A stretch of DNA of 64,000 nt from Armatimonadota bacterium (GCA_037443365.1 JBBIOM010000007.1:19303-83302), one strand, 5' to 3'; shown: positions 19,547 through 30,839, counted from the first letter of the stretch. A program made the numbers and translations. The notes: generated by a model not told the origin, from the sequence alone.

Positions 19547-20701
19547 GTGATGAAGATCCTGATCGTCACGCCGGTCTTCCCGCCCGACATCGGCGGGCAT
19601 GCCACGGCCATCCCGCCCCTGGCCGGCGAGCTCTGCCGACGCGGGCACCGGGTCACCGTGATCGCGGTGGCCGACCGCGCGGACCCGGACGATGCGCGGC
19701 ATGCGTTCGCGATCGTGCGCCTTCCCCGGCGTACCCCCAGGCCCCTGCGGTGGCTGCGGACGATCGGAGCGATCTGCGATCTGGGAAGACACGCCGATGT
19801 CCTGCTGGTGTACGGTCTCGCCCTGGAAGCGGTGGTTGCCAACGCCGTGATCCGGCGGCCCTTGGTAATGAAGGTCGTGGGCGACCTTGCCTGGGAGCGT
19901 GCGGTGCTGCTGGGTTGGGTGCGCGACACGTTCGAGGCGTTCCAGCAGCGCCGGTACGGGATCAGGGTAGGGGCGCTGCGGCGTCTTCGATCCTGGTGGA
20001 CGCGGCGGGCGGATCGCGTGATCGCGCACTCGAGGTGGATGGCCGGTTGGATCGAGCGCTGGGGAGTTCCGCTTTCCCGTATTGCGGTAGTACCCAACGG
20101 CGTCGAGCCGCCCGAGGAGCGGGTGCCGGGCGTCAAGCCGCTTTCGACGCCGGTGACGCTCGCGACCGCGGCGCGTCTTACGCCCTGGAAGGGAATCGAG
20201 GATCTGATCCGCACGGTCGCCGCCATGCCCGGCGTGGGCCTGATCGTGATCGGTGACGGCCCACACCGGGGGCATCTGGAAGGCGTCGCCCGTAGTTCGG
20301 GCACATCCGGCCGCGTGCACTTCGCGGGCCTGCGCACGCGCGAGGAGACGCTTGCCATCATGGCCTCGTGTGACATCTTCGTGCTGAACTCCACCTGGGA
20401 AGGCATGCCCCATGCCGTGCTCGACGCGATGGTCCTGGGGATGCCCCTGATAGCCACGGCGGTCGGAGGCGTGCCAGAGGTCGTCCTGCACGGAGAGAGC
20501 GGTCTGCTGATACCTCCTTCAGATCCCGATGCTCTGCGCAGGGCGCTCGAGCGCCTGGTCGCGTCGCCCGCCGAGCGCGCGCACCTGGCAGGCGGCGCGC
20601 GCCGCCGCGCGGAATGCTTCACGATCTCGCGCGTGGCCGACGCTACCGAGGATCTCCTGCGCACCGCCGCGCAGCGGGCCGCCGGGACGGCCCGACCGTG
20701 A
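19547..20701 (+). CDS. Glycosyltransferase family 4 (GT-B, GT1/GT4-like)
   Basis: It begins MMKILIVTPVFPPDIGGHATAIPPLAGELCRRGHRVTV, and the C-terminal half has NSTWEGMPHAVLDAMVLGMPLIATAVGGVPEVV (E-x7-E region). Confidence 0.85.
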   Translation: MMKILIVTPVFPPDIGGHATAIPPLAGELCRRGHRVTVIAVADRADPDDARHAFAIVRLPRRTPRPLRWLRTIGAICDLGRHADVLLVYGLALEAVVANAVIRRPLVMKVVGDLAWERAVLLGWVRDTFEAFQQRRYGIRVGALRRLRSWWTRRADRVIAHSRWMAGWIERWGVPLSRIAVVPNGVEPPEERVPGVKPLSTPVTLATAARLTPWKGIEDLIRTVAAMPGVGLIVIGDGPHRGHLEGVARSSGTSGRVHFAGLRTREETLAIMASCDIFVLNSTWEGMPHAVLDAMVLGMPLIATAVGGVPEVVLHGESGLLIPPSDPDALRRALERLVASPAERAHLAGGARRRAECFTISRVADATEDLLRTAAQRAAGTARP

Positions 20702-21816
20702 AGATTCTCCACGTCACCAATACGGTGACGGTGGGTGGGGCGGAGACCGCGCTGCTGGCGCTGTGCCGGCAGCACCGCGAGGCCGGGCTCGATCTGACCG
20801 TTGCGTGCCTGCGCGAGTACGCCGGCGGCCCCCGGTCGCTGCGGCATGAGTTCGAGCGTGTTGGGGTGGCGGTGCGCGACCTGGACCGCGCCCGGGGAGA
20901 TCCCTTCTGCGTCTGGGACCTTGGCGCCGTGGTCCGCCAGGAGCGCCCTGACATACTTCACACGCACCTGCCCAGATCAGACATCGCGGGAGTGATCGCG
21001 CGCGGGCGGAAGCCGATTCCCAGGGTTGTGACCGTGCACGGTGCATACGGCGCGCACGGGCTCTGGCGGCTCCTGCTGCCGGCGCTGGCGGGCGTATGGC
21101 GCACTGCCGACGCCGTGTTGGCGCCTTCGAATGCCGTGCGCCTCTGGCTGGCTCGGGCATGCGGCGTGCGTTCGGAAAGGGTGCGCGTGGTTCACAATGG
21201 CGTTGAGGTCGAGCAGTACGCTTCGGCGCGGCGCGATCTTCGGACAGAGTGGGGGATGGACGCGCGGCCGACCATCGGTGCCGTGGGCCGGATCGAGCCC
21301 GACAAGGGGCACGATCTCCTGGTCCGCGGCATGCAGTCCGTGCTGCGCGAGTTCCCCGACGCGCTGCTGCTGATCGCAGGGACAGGCGCGCCGCGGCACT
21401 TGCGTTCGCTGGTCGGGCTAGTGCGCCGCCTGGGGTTGGCCGAGAGCGTGCGGCTCGTGGGATTCCAAGAGGACATCTGCTCCTTCCTGCACGCCGTGGA
21501 TGTGTTTGCCTGCGGGTCACGCCTTGAGGGTTTCGGGCTGGCCGTCGCCGAGGCGATGGCCGCGGGGAAGCCCGTTGTCGCTGCCCGCATCCCGCCCATG
21601 GACGAGGTCGTTCAGGACGGCGAGACCGGCCTGCTCGTGGCCCCGGAGTCACCTGAGGCGTTTGGACGAGCGATCACGGCGCTTCTGCGTGATACCTCTG
21701 CCGCGCTGCGGATGGGCCGGGCAGGACATCTGCGCGCGGCTCTGCGGTTCACCTCCGCGCGCATGGCCGCCGAGATCCTTGCCGCGTATCACGCTGTGCT
21801 GCGAGGGACCGGGTGA
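20698..21816 (+). CDS. Glycosyltransferase family 4
   Basis: The GTG start at 20698 overlaps the upstream stop (GTGA). It reads VKILHVTNTVTVGGAETALLALC...GSRLEGFGLAVAEAMAAGKPVVAARIPPMDEVV. Confidence 0.85.
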   Translation: MKILHVTNTVTVGGAETALLALCRQHREAGLDLTVACLREYAGGPRSLRHEFERVGVAVRDLDRARGDPFCVWDLGAVVRQERPDILHTHLPRSDIAGVIARGRKPIPRVVTVHGAYGAHGLWRLLLPALAGVWRTADAVLAPSNAVRLWLARACGVRSERVRVVHNGVEVEQYASARRDLRTEWGMDARPTIGAVGRIEPDKGHDLLVRGMQSVLREFPDALLLIAGTGAPRHLRSLVGLVRRLGLAESVRLVGFQEDICSFLHAVDVFACGSRLEGFGLAVAEAMAAGKPVVAARIPPMDEVVQDGETGLLVAPESPEAFGRAITALLRDTSAALRMGRAGHLRAALRFTSARMAAEILAAYHAVLRGTG

Positions 21817-23018
21817 AGCCGGGCTGGCTGCGGCCGGTCTTGGACAGCGCGTTCCTGGCCGGGGGTCGGGCCGCGGGGATGGTAGCCGGGTTCGCCATGG
21901 CCGCTGTGTTCGCCCACCTTTCGACCCGGGAGGTCTTCGGGCAGTACCGCTACGTTATGGTGCTCCTCGGGGTGATCGGGCTGACCGCGCTCCCCGGTGT
22001 GACCGTGGCGGTGATGCGGGCCAGCGCCCGCGGGGATGAAGGCGCGCTCGGCGCGGGCATACGCGCCCGCTTCAGAGCGTCGCCGCTTGGGGTCGGCATC
22101 CTGCTCGTGCTGGCCGTGACGCTGGGCGTCGGGGGCCAGCCAGCCGTGGGGCGCGCGCTTGGGATCGCCGCCCTCTGCTTCCCTCTGCTGACCGCGCTGG
22201 AGCTCTACCTGCCGTTCCTTGGCGGTAGGCAGGACTTCCACAGGTACGCGCTGTTCCAGGGCGCGGTCGTGGCGCTGCCGGTCCCGGTCGTTGCGATGGC
22301 GCTGCTGACAATTGGCCGGGCGGAGGCCGCGGTGTTCGCCTGGCTTGCCAGCACAGTCCTGCTACACGCCGTCCTTCTGCGGGCGACCGCGCGCGATCTG
22401 CGTTTCGATGCGGCCGCCAGTCCCGAGGTGGTGCGCTACGGGCGCCGGCTTTCGCCGATCTACTTCGTTTCAACCGGCCAGACCTATCTCTCGGGCCTGG
22501 TCGTGGGGACCTCCTTGGGACATGTCAGTCTGGCGGTATTCTCCATCGGCATGGTGTGGTGGGAGGCCCTGCGGCAGGGGATGTCCCTGATCAACCTTCA
22601 GATGCTTCCGCGCATGGCCGCGGCCCCGCAGGATGACGCGCACCGCATCGTGCGGCGCAGCCTGGCCATCGGTTCTCCGGCGGCGGCCGCGGTTGGAGGC
22701 TTGATGGCCCTCGCCATGCCGGTGCTGGTGCCGGCGTTATTCACGGCGCAGTACCGCGAGAGCGTGCTGGTGTCTCAGATACTGGTTGCCGGAGCGGCGT
22801 TGGGCTTTCCCGGGAGTCAGGCAAACGCCTTCCTGGCGGCCCGGGGTCATGTCCGGGCGCAGTACTGGCTGGCCGCTACGGCGTTCGCCGCCGAGGTTCT
22901 GGGTCTTGTTCTGTTGACGACACGCTTCGGTGTGGCCGGCGTGGCCGCGGCCAAGTCCATCGCGCGGCTGTGGCACTCGTTGTTCGGGACGGCGCTTGTG
23001 GCAGCGATCGGGCGATGA
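21813..23018 (+). CDS. Polysaccharide flippase (Wzx/MOP superfamily)
   Basis: A 401-aa polytopic membrane protein located between glycosyltransferases and sugar-modifying enzymes. Its start overlaps the upstream stop. Confidence 0.7.
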   Translation: MKPGWLRPVLDSAFLAGGRAAGMVAGFAMAAVFAHLSTREVFGQYRYVMVLLGVIGLTALPGVTVAVMRASARGDEGALGAGIRARFRASPLGVGILLVLAVTLGVGGQPAVGRALGIAALCFPLLTALELYLPFLGGRQDFHRYALFQGAVVALPVPVVAMALLTIGRAEAAVFAWLASTVLLHAVLLRATARDLRFDAAASPEVVRYGRRLSPIYFVSTGQTYLSGLVVGTSLGHVSLAVFSIGMVWWEALRQGMSLINLQMLPRMAAAPQDDAHRIVRRSLAIGSPAAAAVGGLMALAMPVLVPALFTAQYRESVLVSQILVAGAALGFPGSQANAFLAARGHVRAQYWLAATAFAAEVLGLVLLTTRFGVAGVAAAKSIARLWHSLFGTALVAAIGR

Positions 23019-24385
23019 GGCCACTTCGCGCGGCCCTGGCGCGCGGCCTCTTTGAGGTTGGGTCGCGCCTGTTCCGCCGCGAGGCCCGGCGCGAACTGGC
23101 CGTGCTGAGGTGGGCCGAGCATGCCGATCCGCGGGAACTGCGTGCCCGACAGGAGGCCCGGCTCCGTGCGTTGATCCGATGGGCCTACGACACGGTTCCC
23201 TACTACCGGCATGCCATGGACCAGGCAGGGGTTTCGCCCGGCGACATCCGGGGCATTGACGATCTCCCGCTTCTGCCCGTACTGCGACGGCGCGATGTCC
23301 GAACCAACCTTGATTCCCTGGTGTCAGATCGCGCGCACACCAGGGATCTGTTGCCCCAGGTGACATCAGGGACGAGCGCTGGTCCGATCAGGTCATTCCT
23401 CGACAGGCGTGCCTTGCCGTTCGAGCGGGCTACCCAGTGGCATTCCCTGGAGTGGGCCGGTGTAATGCCATGGGAACCCGTTCTGATGCTCACGATGGCC
23501 GGGTTCGGTCCGCAGACCCAGATCAGCACGTGGTGGAACAAGCTGACCGGGAGCGCCTTAATGCCGCTGGAGATCCTTCATGCGCGCCGGCCGTTGCCGG
23601 TCATCGAGATGCTGGAGCGCCTGGCACCAGCGGCGATCCTGGGTATGCCCAGTCTACTGCACCTGCTGGCGCAAACGGTCCTACTCTCCGGGCGGCCGCT
23701 GCGCGCCCGGCCGCGCCGCGTCTTCTACCAAGCGGAGCACATGGGGGAGGACACGCGCGAGTTGATCGCACGGGCATTTGGAGTGCCGGTATTCTCACGC
23801 TATGGGGCGCGGGAGCTCTCGGGGCTGATCGCCCAGACCTGCGAGTGCGGGCTGTGGCATCTGGACACCGAGGGTTTCATGGTCGAGGTTGTATCGGGGG
23901 AACCGGGCGACCCGCAGGGGATGCCGGCCCAAAGAGGGCGATTGGTCATCACCGACCTGCGCAACCATGTCATGCCTTTCATACGGTACGAGATCGGAGA
24001 CGTAGGCGCGGCTGTCAGGGAGGAAGGGTGCGCGTGCGGTTGTACCCTGCCGGTCCTGGGCGCACTGGAAGGCAGGTACTGGGATTGGGTTGTAACGGCT
24101 GCAGGTCTTACGATTCCCGCGTCGGTCCTTCAGTACAAGACGACACGGCTGCACGGCGATCTGATCTGGGAGTACCAGTTCCGGCAGGACCGCACTGAGA
24201 AGCTGGAGGTCGCGGTTGTGCCGGTCGGCGACTACGGCGACGACCGCCAGGAGGAGCTGGCCCGGTGCCTGGAGGCGGTATTGGGAGGTGGGATCGCCGT
24301 GCGAGTGACGCCGGTCGGGCACATACCCCGCGAGCCGTCGGGCAAGCGTCCCGTGCTGAAGAGCACGCTCCACCAAGGCAGGTAG
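23015..24385 (+). CDS. PaaK/CapK-like adenylate-forming enzyme (phenylacetate-CoA ligase family), paralog 1
   Basis: ATG 23015 overlaps the flippase stop (ATGA). It has TVPYYRHAMDQAGVSPGDIRGIDDLPLLPVLRRRDV, an AMP-binding loop (TSGTSAGPI) and a C-terminal IPREPSGKRPV. Confidence 0.8.
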   Translation: MRPLRAALARGLFEVGSRLFRREARRELAVLRWAEHADPRELRARQEARLRALIRWAYDTVPYYRHAMDQAGVSPGDIRGIDDLPLLPVLRRRDVRTNLDSLVSDRAHTRDLLPQVTSGTSAGPIRSFLDRRALPFERATQWHSLEWAGVMPWEPVLMLTMAGFGPQTQISTWWNKLTGSALMPLEILHARRPLPVIEMLERLAPAAILGMPSLLHLLAQTVLLSGRPLRARPRRVFYQAEHMGEDTRELIARAFGVPVFSRYGARELSGLIAQTCECGLWHLDTEGFMVEVVSGEPGDPQGMPAQRGRLVITDLRNHVMPFIRYEIGDVGAAVREEGCACGCTLPVLGALEGRYWDWVVTAAGLTIPASVLQYKTTRLHGDLIWEYQFRQDRTEKLEVAVVPVGDYGDDRQEELARCLEAVLGGGIAVRVTPVGHIPREPSGKRPVLKSTLHQGR

Positions 24386-24389
24386 AGGC

Positions 24390-25751
24390 ATGCTGCGCAC
24401 ATCCCTCATGCACGGTCTCTTTGAGCTGGGATCGCGCCTGGTCCGCCGTCGGGCGCGGAGCGAGCTCGCCGTCCTGAGGTGGGCCGAGCGTGCGGATCCC
24501 GAAGAGCTGCGCGCGCGGCAGGAAGCCCGGCTCCGTGCCCTGATCCGCTGGGCCTACGAGACGGTTCCCTACTACCGCCAAGTCATGGACCAGGCAGGGG
24601 TGGCGCCCGGCGACATCCGGGGCGTAGATGATCTTCCTCTGTTGCCCATACTGCGCCGGCGCGACGTCAGGTCGCATGGCAAGGCCCTGGTCTCGCATCG
24701 GGCCAGGAGCCGAGACCTGCTGACCAGGACGACATCGGGTACGAGCGGCGAGCCAATCGTCTTCTTTCGCGACAGGCGCACCGTGCCGTTCGAGCAGGCC
24801 ACCAGGTGGCTTTCCGCGGAGTGGGCAGGGGTAGCGCCCACCGACCCCACACTGCGGCTGACGCTGGGCGATGTCTCGGCGCGGGCCTCTCAGGGGTCCT
24901 GGTGGAACAGGATTGCAGGTGGCACCTCCATCCCGCTGGAGGTCCTGTACTCGCGAGAGCCGGCTCCCATTATGCGGGCACTGGAGCGCTGTGCGCCGGT
25001 GGTCATCCTTGGGTATCCGAGCCTCCTGCACCTGCTGGCCCAGGCGGTCCTTCGCGCCGCCAGGCCGCTGCGCGCCCGGCCGCGCTGCGTCTTCTACCAG
25101 GCGGAGCAGATGGGGGACGATACGCGTCATCTGCTCGTCCGCGCTCTCGGCGTGCCCGTCTTCTCACGCTACGGGGCGGCGGAACTGTCAGGTCTGGTTG
25201 CTCAGACCTGTGCGAGCGGACGGTGGCATCTGAACACCGAAGGGTTCGTAGTGGAGATCGTGGATGGGGAGCCCGGCTGCGCCCAGGGAGTGCCAGCACA
25301 CAGGGGGCGTCTGGTCGTAACCGACCTGCGCAACATGGCGATGCCGTTTGTGCGCTACGAGATCGGCGATGCGGGCACGGCGGCAGTGGAGGAGAAGTGC
25401 CCGTGCGGTAGGACCCTGCCGCTGCTGGGCGAGTTGGACGGCCGGGCCTGGGAGTGGGTCCTGACGCCGGCGTGCCTCCGGATCCCGTCAATCATTCTCC
25501 AACGCATCATGCGGCTGCACGCTGATCTGCTTTGGGAATACCAGTTCCGGCAGGACCGGCCCGAGGAACTGGAAGTCGCGGTCGTACCCGTCGGCGACTA
25601 CGGTGAGGACCGCCGGGACGAGCTGGCCCGGGCCCTGCAGGCGGAATTGGGGCGCGACATAGCGGTGCGCGTGACGCAGGTCGAGCGCATACCACGCGAG
25701 CCGTCAGGCAAGCGCCCGGTGATGAAGAGCACCTTCGACCAGGAGAGGTAG
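24390..25751 (+). CDS. PaaK/CapK-like adenylate-forming enzyme, paralog 2
   Basis: It is collinear with paralog 1 and shares long identical runs (ARQEARLRALIRWAY, PSLLHLLAQ, GVPVFSRYGA, VAVVPVGDYG, IPREPSGKRPV). It has TSGTSGEPI. Confidence 0.8.
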   Translation: MLRTSLMHGLFELGSRLVRRRARSELAVLRWAERADPEELRARQEARLRALIRWAYETVPYYRQVMDQAGVAPGDIRGVDDLPLLPILRRRDVRSHGKALVSHRARSRDLLTRTTSGTSGEPIVFFRDRRTVPFEQATRWLSAEWAGVAPTDPTLRLTLGDVSARASQGSWWNRIAGGTSIPLEVLYSREPAPIMRALERCAPVVILGYPSLLHLLAQAVLRAARPLRARPRCVFYQAEQMGDDTRHLLVRALGVPVFSRYGAAELSGLVAQTCASGRWHLNTEGFVVEIVDGEPGCAQGVPAHRGRLVVTDLRNMAMPFVRYEIGDAGTAAVEEKCPCGRTLPLLGELDGRAWEWVLTPACLRIPSIILQRIMRLHADLLWEYQFRQDRPEELEVAVVPVGDYGEDRRDELARALQAELGRDIAVRVTQVERIPREPSGKRPVMKSTFDQER

Positions 25752-25755
25752 CACC

Positions 25756-27171
25756 GTGGCACACGGCAGCGCAGGCGGGATCATGCGCGCCGCGCGGTCG
25801 GCCGGGTTCCGCGCGCTGTTCCGGATGGCGGCCCCCTTTGCCCTGCGCGAGACGTGGCAGCATCTGGTGCTGCTGCGCGCGATGGAGCGCGCCGATACCG
25901 GCGTGCTGCTGGAGAGGCAGGAGGCCCGCCTGCGCGGGCTGATCGCCTGGGCGCACTCAACGGTTCCCTACTACGAGCGGATCATGCGACAGGCGGGCGT
26001 ATCCCCATCCGACATCAGCGGCATCGAGGATCTGCGCGCGCTTCCGATACTCCGGCGCTCCGACATCAGGGCCGCGGCCACTGACATGATCTCACGGTGC
26101 GCCGGTCCTGGCGACTGGTTCATCAAGTCCACGTCTGGAACCACGGGCCAGCCGCTGCGCATCTACCGTGACCGCAGGACCTTCTCGTTCGAGCAGGCCA
26201 CCATCTGGCACTCGCATGAGTGGGCCGGTGCGACCCCGGTGGACAGGTGGTTGATGGTGACCGCCCCTGCCAATCAGCACGGCCGCTCGAACATCACCCG
26301 GTGGAAGCGCCTCTGCGGAGGACGCCTGGTGCCGCTCGAACCCCTGGTGGGTATGCAGTCGCAGCCGGTGCTGGCAACGCTCGACGCCACGGCGCCGGAG
26401 GTGATCCGGGGCGTCCCCAGCCTGCTCGGCCTGCTGGCACAGATCGTCCTGCGCGAGGGGTACCGGCTGCCAGAACGCCCTCGGTGCCTGCTCTATACGG
26501 GCGAGCACATGAGTGAGGAGGTCCGCGGGCTGATCGGCGCGGCGTTTGGCGCTCCCATCTTCTCCGTGTACGGGGCCAACGAACTCGCTGGCGTGGTGGC
26601 GCAAACATGCGAGTTCGGGCGCCTGCACCTGAACACCGAGGGGTTCATCGTGGAGGTCGCAGACGGCCAGCCCGGCGACAGGCAGGGTGCGCCGGCTGCG
26701 CGCGGGCGGCTGCTCATCACCGACCTGCGCAACCGCGTCATGCCGATCATCCGGTACGAGGTGGGCGATGCTGGCGTGGTAGGCGACGGCGCGGGCTGCC
26801 CCTGCGGCAGGACGCTGCCGCTGCTGGGCGGGCTGGAGGGACGGATCGCGGACCTCATTGTCACGCCGTCGGGCCGGCGGCTCCCGGTGACGCTGCTCCG
26901 CCAGCCGGCCCGAAGGTATCAAGAGATCTTTGGAGAGTACCAGTTCAGACAGGAGCGTCCGGACGAGCTGGTGATGCTCCTGGTGCCCACGGATGGCTTC
27001 ACGCGCGAGGCGGCCCAGGGGCTGGCGCGCGTTCTCGAGTCTGCCCTGTACGGTGAGGTGGTTGTGCACGTGGAGGCCGTGGAGCGCATAGCGCGCGAGC
27101 CCTCGGGCAAGCGTCCCCTGCTGAAGACCACCCTTGTCAATCTTGACGACACCCTCCAGCGTCGCGCATGA
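25756..27171 (+). CDS. PaaK/CapK-like adenylate-forming enzyme, paralog 3 (more diverged)
   Basis: It has TSGTTGQPL, TVPYYERIMRQAGVSPSDISGIEDLRALPILRRSDI and IAREPSGKRPL. GTG 25756 has AGGAGAGG upstream. By alignment with the paralogs, ATG 25783 is an alternative start. Confidence 0.8.
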   Translation: MAHGSAGGIMRAARSAGFRALFRMAAPFALRETWQHLVLLRAMERADTGVLLERQEARLRGLIAWAHSTVPYYERIMRQAGVSPSDISGIEDLRALPILRRSDIRAAATDMISRCAGPGDWFIKSTSGTTGQPLRIYRDRRTFSFEQATIWHSHEWAGATPVDRWLMVTAPANQHGRSNITRWKRLCGGRLVPLEPLVGMQSQPVLATLDATAPEVIRGVPSLLGLLAQIVLREGYRLPERPRCLLYTGEHMSEEVRGLIGAAFGAPIFSVYGANELAGVVAQTCEFGRLHLNTEGFIVEVADGQPGDRQGAPAARGRLLITDLRNRVMPIIRYEVGDAGVVGDGAGCPCGRTLPLLGGLEGRIADLIVTPSGRRLPVTLLRQPARRYQEIFGEYQFRQERPDELVMLLVPTDGFTREAAQGLARVLESALYGEVVVHVEAVERIAREPSGKRPLLKTTLVNLDDTLQRRA

Positions 27172-28580
27172 CCACGGGCATCCCAGCGGCGCCCGACAAC
27201 GACGCGCTGATCCCGGCCCTCGAGATCGCCCGGCTGCTGCGCGACCGGTACTGCGGAAGAAGCGGGCTCCTGGCGCGCGTCGTGGACGTGCGGCGCGGGC
27301 AGGTTGTTGATCCCGGCCCGATCGTGGATGAGCTGGGCGACTACGTGCAGTACGTGCACGAGCTCGGGCGGATTGCAGGTGAGGACGCGCTGTGCGAGTG
27401 GGCGCAGGGGCAGGTCATCGGCGCGCTGCGCCTCACCCAGGCCCCGGGCGGCCTCATCCATCCTTTCGCGCCCGGGTCCGGCCCGCGTGGACGCGTCCAC
27501 AGGGTGATCTACTCCAACCTGGCCACCGTGGACACGCTGTGGGGCCTGGTGGAATCGCTTCGCACCTGGGGGAAGGGCGTGATATCCCTCGAGACCGATC
27601 GCATGCTCACCGGCGTCAGGCGTCTTGCCTGCGGCCGCGACGGGCTTCCGGTCTACGCGGCGCTTCCCTGGGGGTTCCCTGGGATGCAACTGCCCGTCTC
27701 CAGCCCCATGCTGGCCGGCATCTGGATGGAGTGCCTCGTCAAGTTCGGCGATGCCACCGGCGATGATGCCCATCTCTCGTGGGCCACGGACATGGCGCAG
27801 GCGGTGTTGGACACGCCGGAGTTCCGCTCGCGCGGGCTTCCTCCGGCGCGCCTTCCCACCAGCGCACTGGGTGACGCGCTGGCCTCCCTGCTCGACCTCG
27901 CGTTCAGGGCGCGCGGGCGCCTTGAGTCCGCCGGCGGTGTTGTTGCCAAGGGTGATGCCTTCTTCGCCTTTGGGCTGCTCGCCCTCCACAGGGCGACCGG
28001 TTGGGAGTGGGCTCGCGACGCCGTGCTGCGCTGGAAGCGGGCCGCGCTCGATTCCATGACGGCGCAGGACGGCAGGTTCTACGACGTCCGTCCGGCGCGG
28101 GGAGCGCCAAGAGACGTCGCGCTGTTCGCGAACAACACCTGGCTGGAGGTGCTGCTGGACATCTTCCACGACCTGCGCGACGAAGAGTCCCTCGCGGCCG
28201 CATGCCGCTCCGCGCGCGCGTGGCTGCATCGGCGCACGGCCGCCGGCCTGATGCCGGACCGCGACACCGACAGCCGCGCCACGCTCGACCCGCTGGTGGA
28301 TTTCGCCGTGAACCTGCTCAAGATCGCGGAGCAGACAGGGGATAGGGAGTGGGGGGAGGCCGCCGCAGGGATCTCCGAAGCCATTGAGCGGTGCTTCCGC
28401 CAGCCGTTTGGCCTGGCATGGTCCGCCGAGGCGCGAACCGGGGAGGCGGCCTCCACCGTGATTGCCGCCAAGTACCTGGGGCTCTACCTCAAGCTGCACC
28501 TGGTGCATCACCGCGTGCGCGCGCAGGGTGCCCGCATCTTCGCGGATCCGCACCTCCGGTCCCTGGCCACCGATCGGTAG
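27168..28580 (+). CDS. Hypothetical protein, helix-rich, possibly an (alpha/alpha)-toroid fold
   Basis: 470 aa. The start overlaps the upstream stop (ATGA), so it is co-operonic with the adenylating enzymes. It has no TM segment and no motif I can assign. The fold guess rests only on the repeated Trp/Leu-rich helical pattern. Confidence 0.55.
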   Translation: MTTGIPAAPDNDALIPALEIARLLRDRYCGRSGLLARVVDVRRGQVVDPGPIVDELGDYVQYVHELGRIAGEDALCEWAQGQVIGALRLTQAPGGLIHPFAPGSGPRGRVHRVIYSNLATVDTLWGLVESLRTWGKGVISLETDRMLTGVRRLACGRDGLPVYAALPWGFPGMQLPVSSPMLAGIWMECLVKFGDATGDDAHLSWATDMAQAVLDTPEFRSRGLPPARLPTSALGDALASLLDLAFRARGRLESAGGVVAKGDAFFAFGLLALHRATGWEWARDAVLRWKRAALDSMTAQDGRFYDVRPARGAPRDVALFANNTWLEVLLDIFHDLRDEESLAAACRSARAWLHRRTAAGLMPDRDTDSRATLDPLVDFAVNLLKIAEQTGDREWGEAAAGISEAIERCFRQPFGLAWSAEARTGEAASTVIAAKYLGLYLKLHLVHHRVRAQGARIFADPHLRSLATDR

Positions 28581-28681
28581 GGCGCGCCGCGGGGCCGCCT
28601 AGAAGCCTCGCTTCTTGGGTACAACTCCCTGTAGAGGGACCATCAGCAGGGCTGATCCCTGTTGCCGGAGGGGAGAGGCCG

Positions 28682-28999
28682 GTGTACCCAGACCTAGCGG
28701 CCGACGTTGCGCGGCTGCTCCTGGCATTGCTTGACGAGAAGGCCTGGTTCCGCCACGGCCTCAACGACGCCCGCCTTGCCGAACTAACGGGGATGTCGCC
28801 GCATCAGGTCGCCGGCGCCCGCGCGGAGGCGGAGGCCCTGGGGCTGGTCGAGAGGCAGGGTGCGGGCACCGACCGCGCGGTAACGATGCTCACGCCCAGG
28901 GGCGTCGCGAGGGCGCAGGCCCTGCGCCCTCGCGCTGAGGGACCTGGCAGCGAAGGAGGAGCAGGCGCCGAAGCAGGCGGCGAAGGCGCGCCCGATTGA
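28682..28999 (+). CDS. Small winged-helix-like hypothetical protein
   Basis: GTG 28682 follows GGAGGGGAGAGG. It reads LNDARLAELTGMSPHQVAGARAEAEALGLVERQG, which looks like an HTH/wHTH, followed by a low-complexity Gly/Ala/Glu tail. Confidence 0.4.
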   Translation: MYPDLAADVARLLLALLDEKAWFRHGLNDARLAELTGMSPHQVAGARAEAEALGLVERQGAGTDRAVTMLTPRGVARAQALRPRAEGPGSEGGAGAEAGGEGAPD

Positions 29000-29025
29000 G
29001 ACGCCCCAAGGCGCTGTGCTACAAT
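28996..29025 (+). promoter_or_regulatory. Putative sigma-70 promoter for tRNA-His
   Basis: TTGAGA (28996-29001), an 18-nt spacer, then TACAAT (29020-29025), 14 nt upstream of the tRNA. Confidence 0.45.
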
Positions 29026-29039
29026 CGGGGCTGACCCGT

Positions 29040-29118
29040 GGTGGCCGTAGCTCAGCCTGGTTAGAGCGCCTGGCTGTGGCCCAGGAGGGCGCGGGTTCGA
29101 ATCCCGTCGGTCACCCCA
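29040..29118 (+). tRNA. tRNA-His (anticodon GTG)
   Basis: The cloverleaf has the His-specific extra 5' G(-1) opposite discriminator C. Acceptor GTGGCCG/CGGTCAC, anticodon stem CCTGG/CCAGG with loop CTGTGGC, T arm GCGGG-TTCGAAT-CCCGT and an encoded CCA. Confidence 0.92.
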
Positions 29119-29143
29119 TGCCTGTGCATTGAGGTCAGAAACC

Positions 29144-29175
29144 GCGAGGGACGCGGATGATCCCGCGTCCCTCGC
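29144..29175. terminator. Bidirectional intrinsic terminator between tRNA-His and groEL
   Basis: A 13-bp GC-rich stem (GCGAGGGACGCGG ... CCGCGTCCCTCGC) is followed by TTCTT on the plus strand and by GGTTTCT on the minus strand. Confidence 0.6.
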
Positions 29176-29207
29176 TTCTTCACCTGGCCGATCCAGGGAA
29201 GCCGCTT

Positions 29208-30839
<1,632 letters not shown>

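Noticed and set aside
18344-20491. A 715-aa minus-strand ORF. Similar long antisense or alternate-frame ORFs occur elsewhere (5347..6642, 9593..11164, 36124..37671, 40783..42339, 29478..30890, 31885..33294, 51203..52558, 24108..25130, 26919..28553).
   Set aside because: All of them lie opposite or out of frame to genes with clear family signatures. All have biased Arg/Pro/Gly/Ala composition. I treat them as high-GC artefacts.
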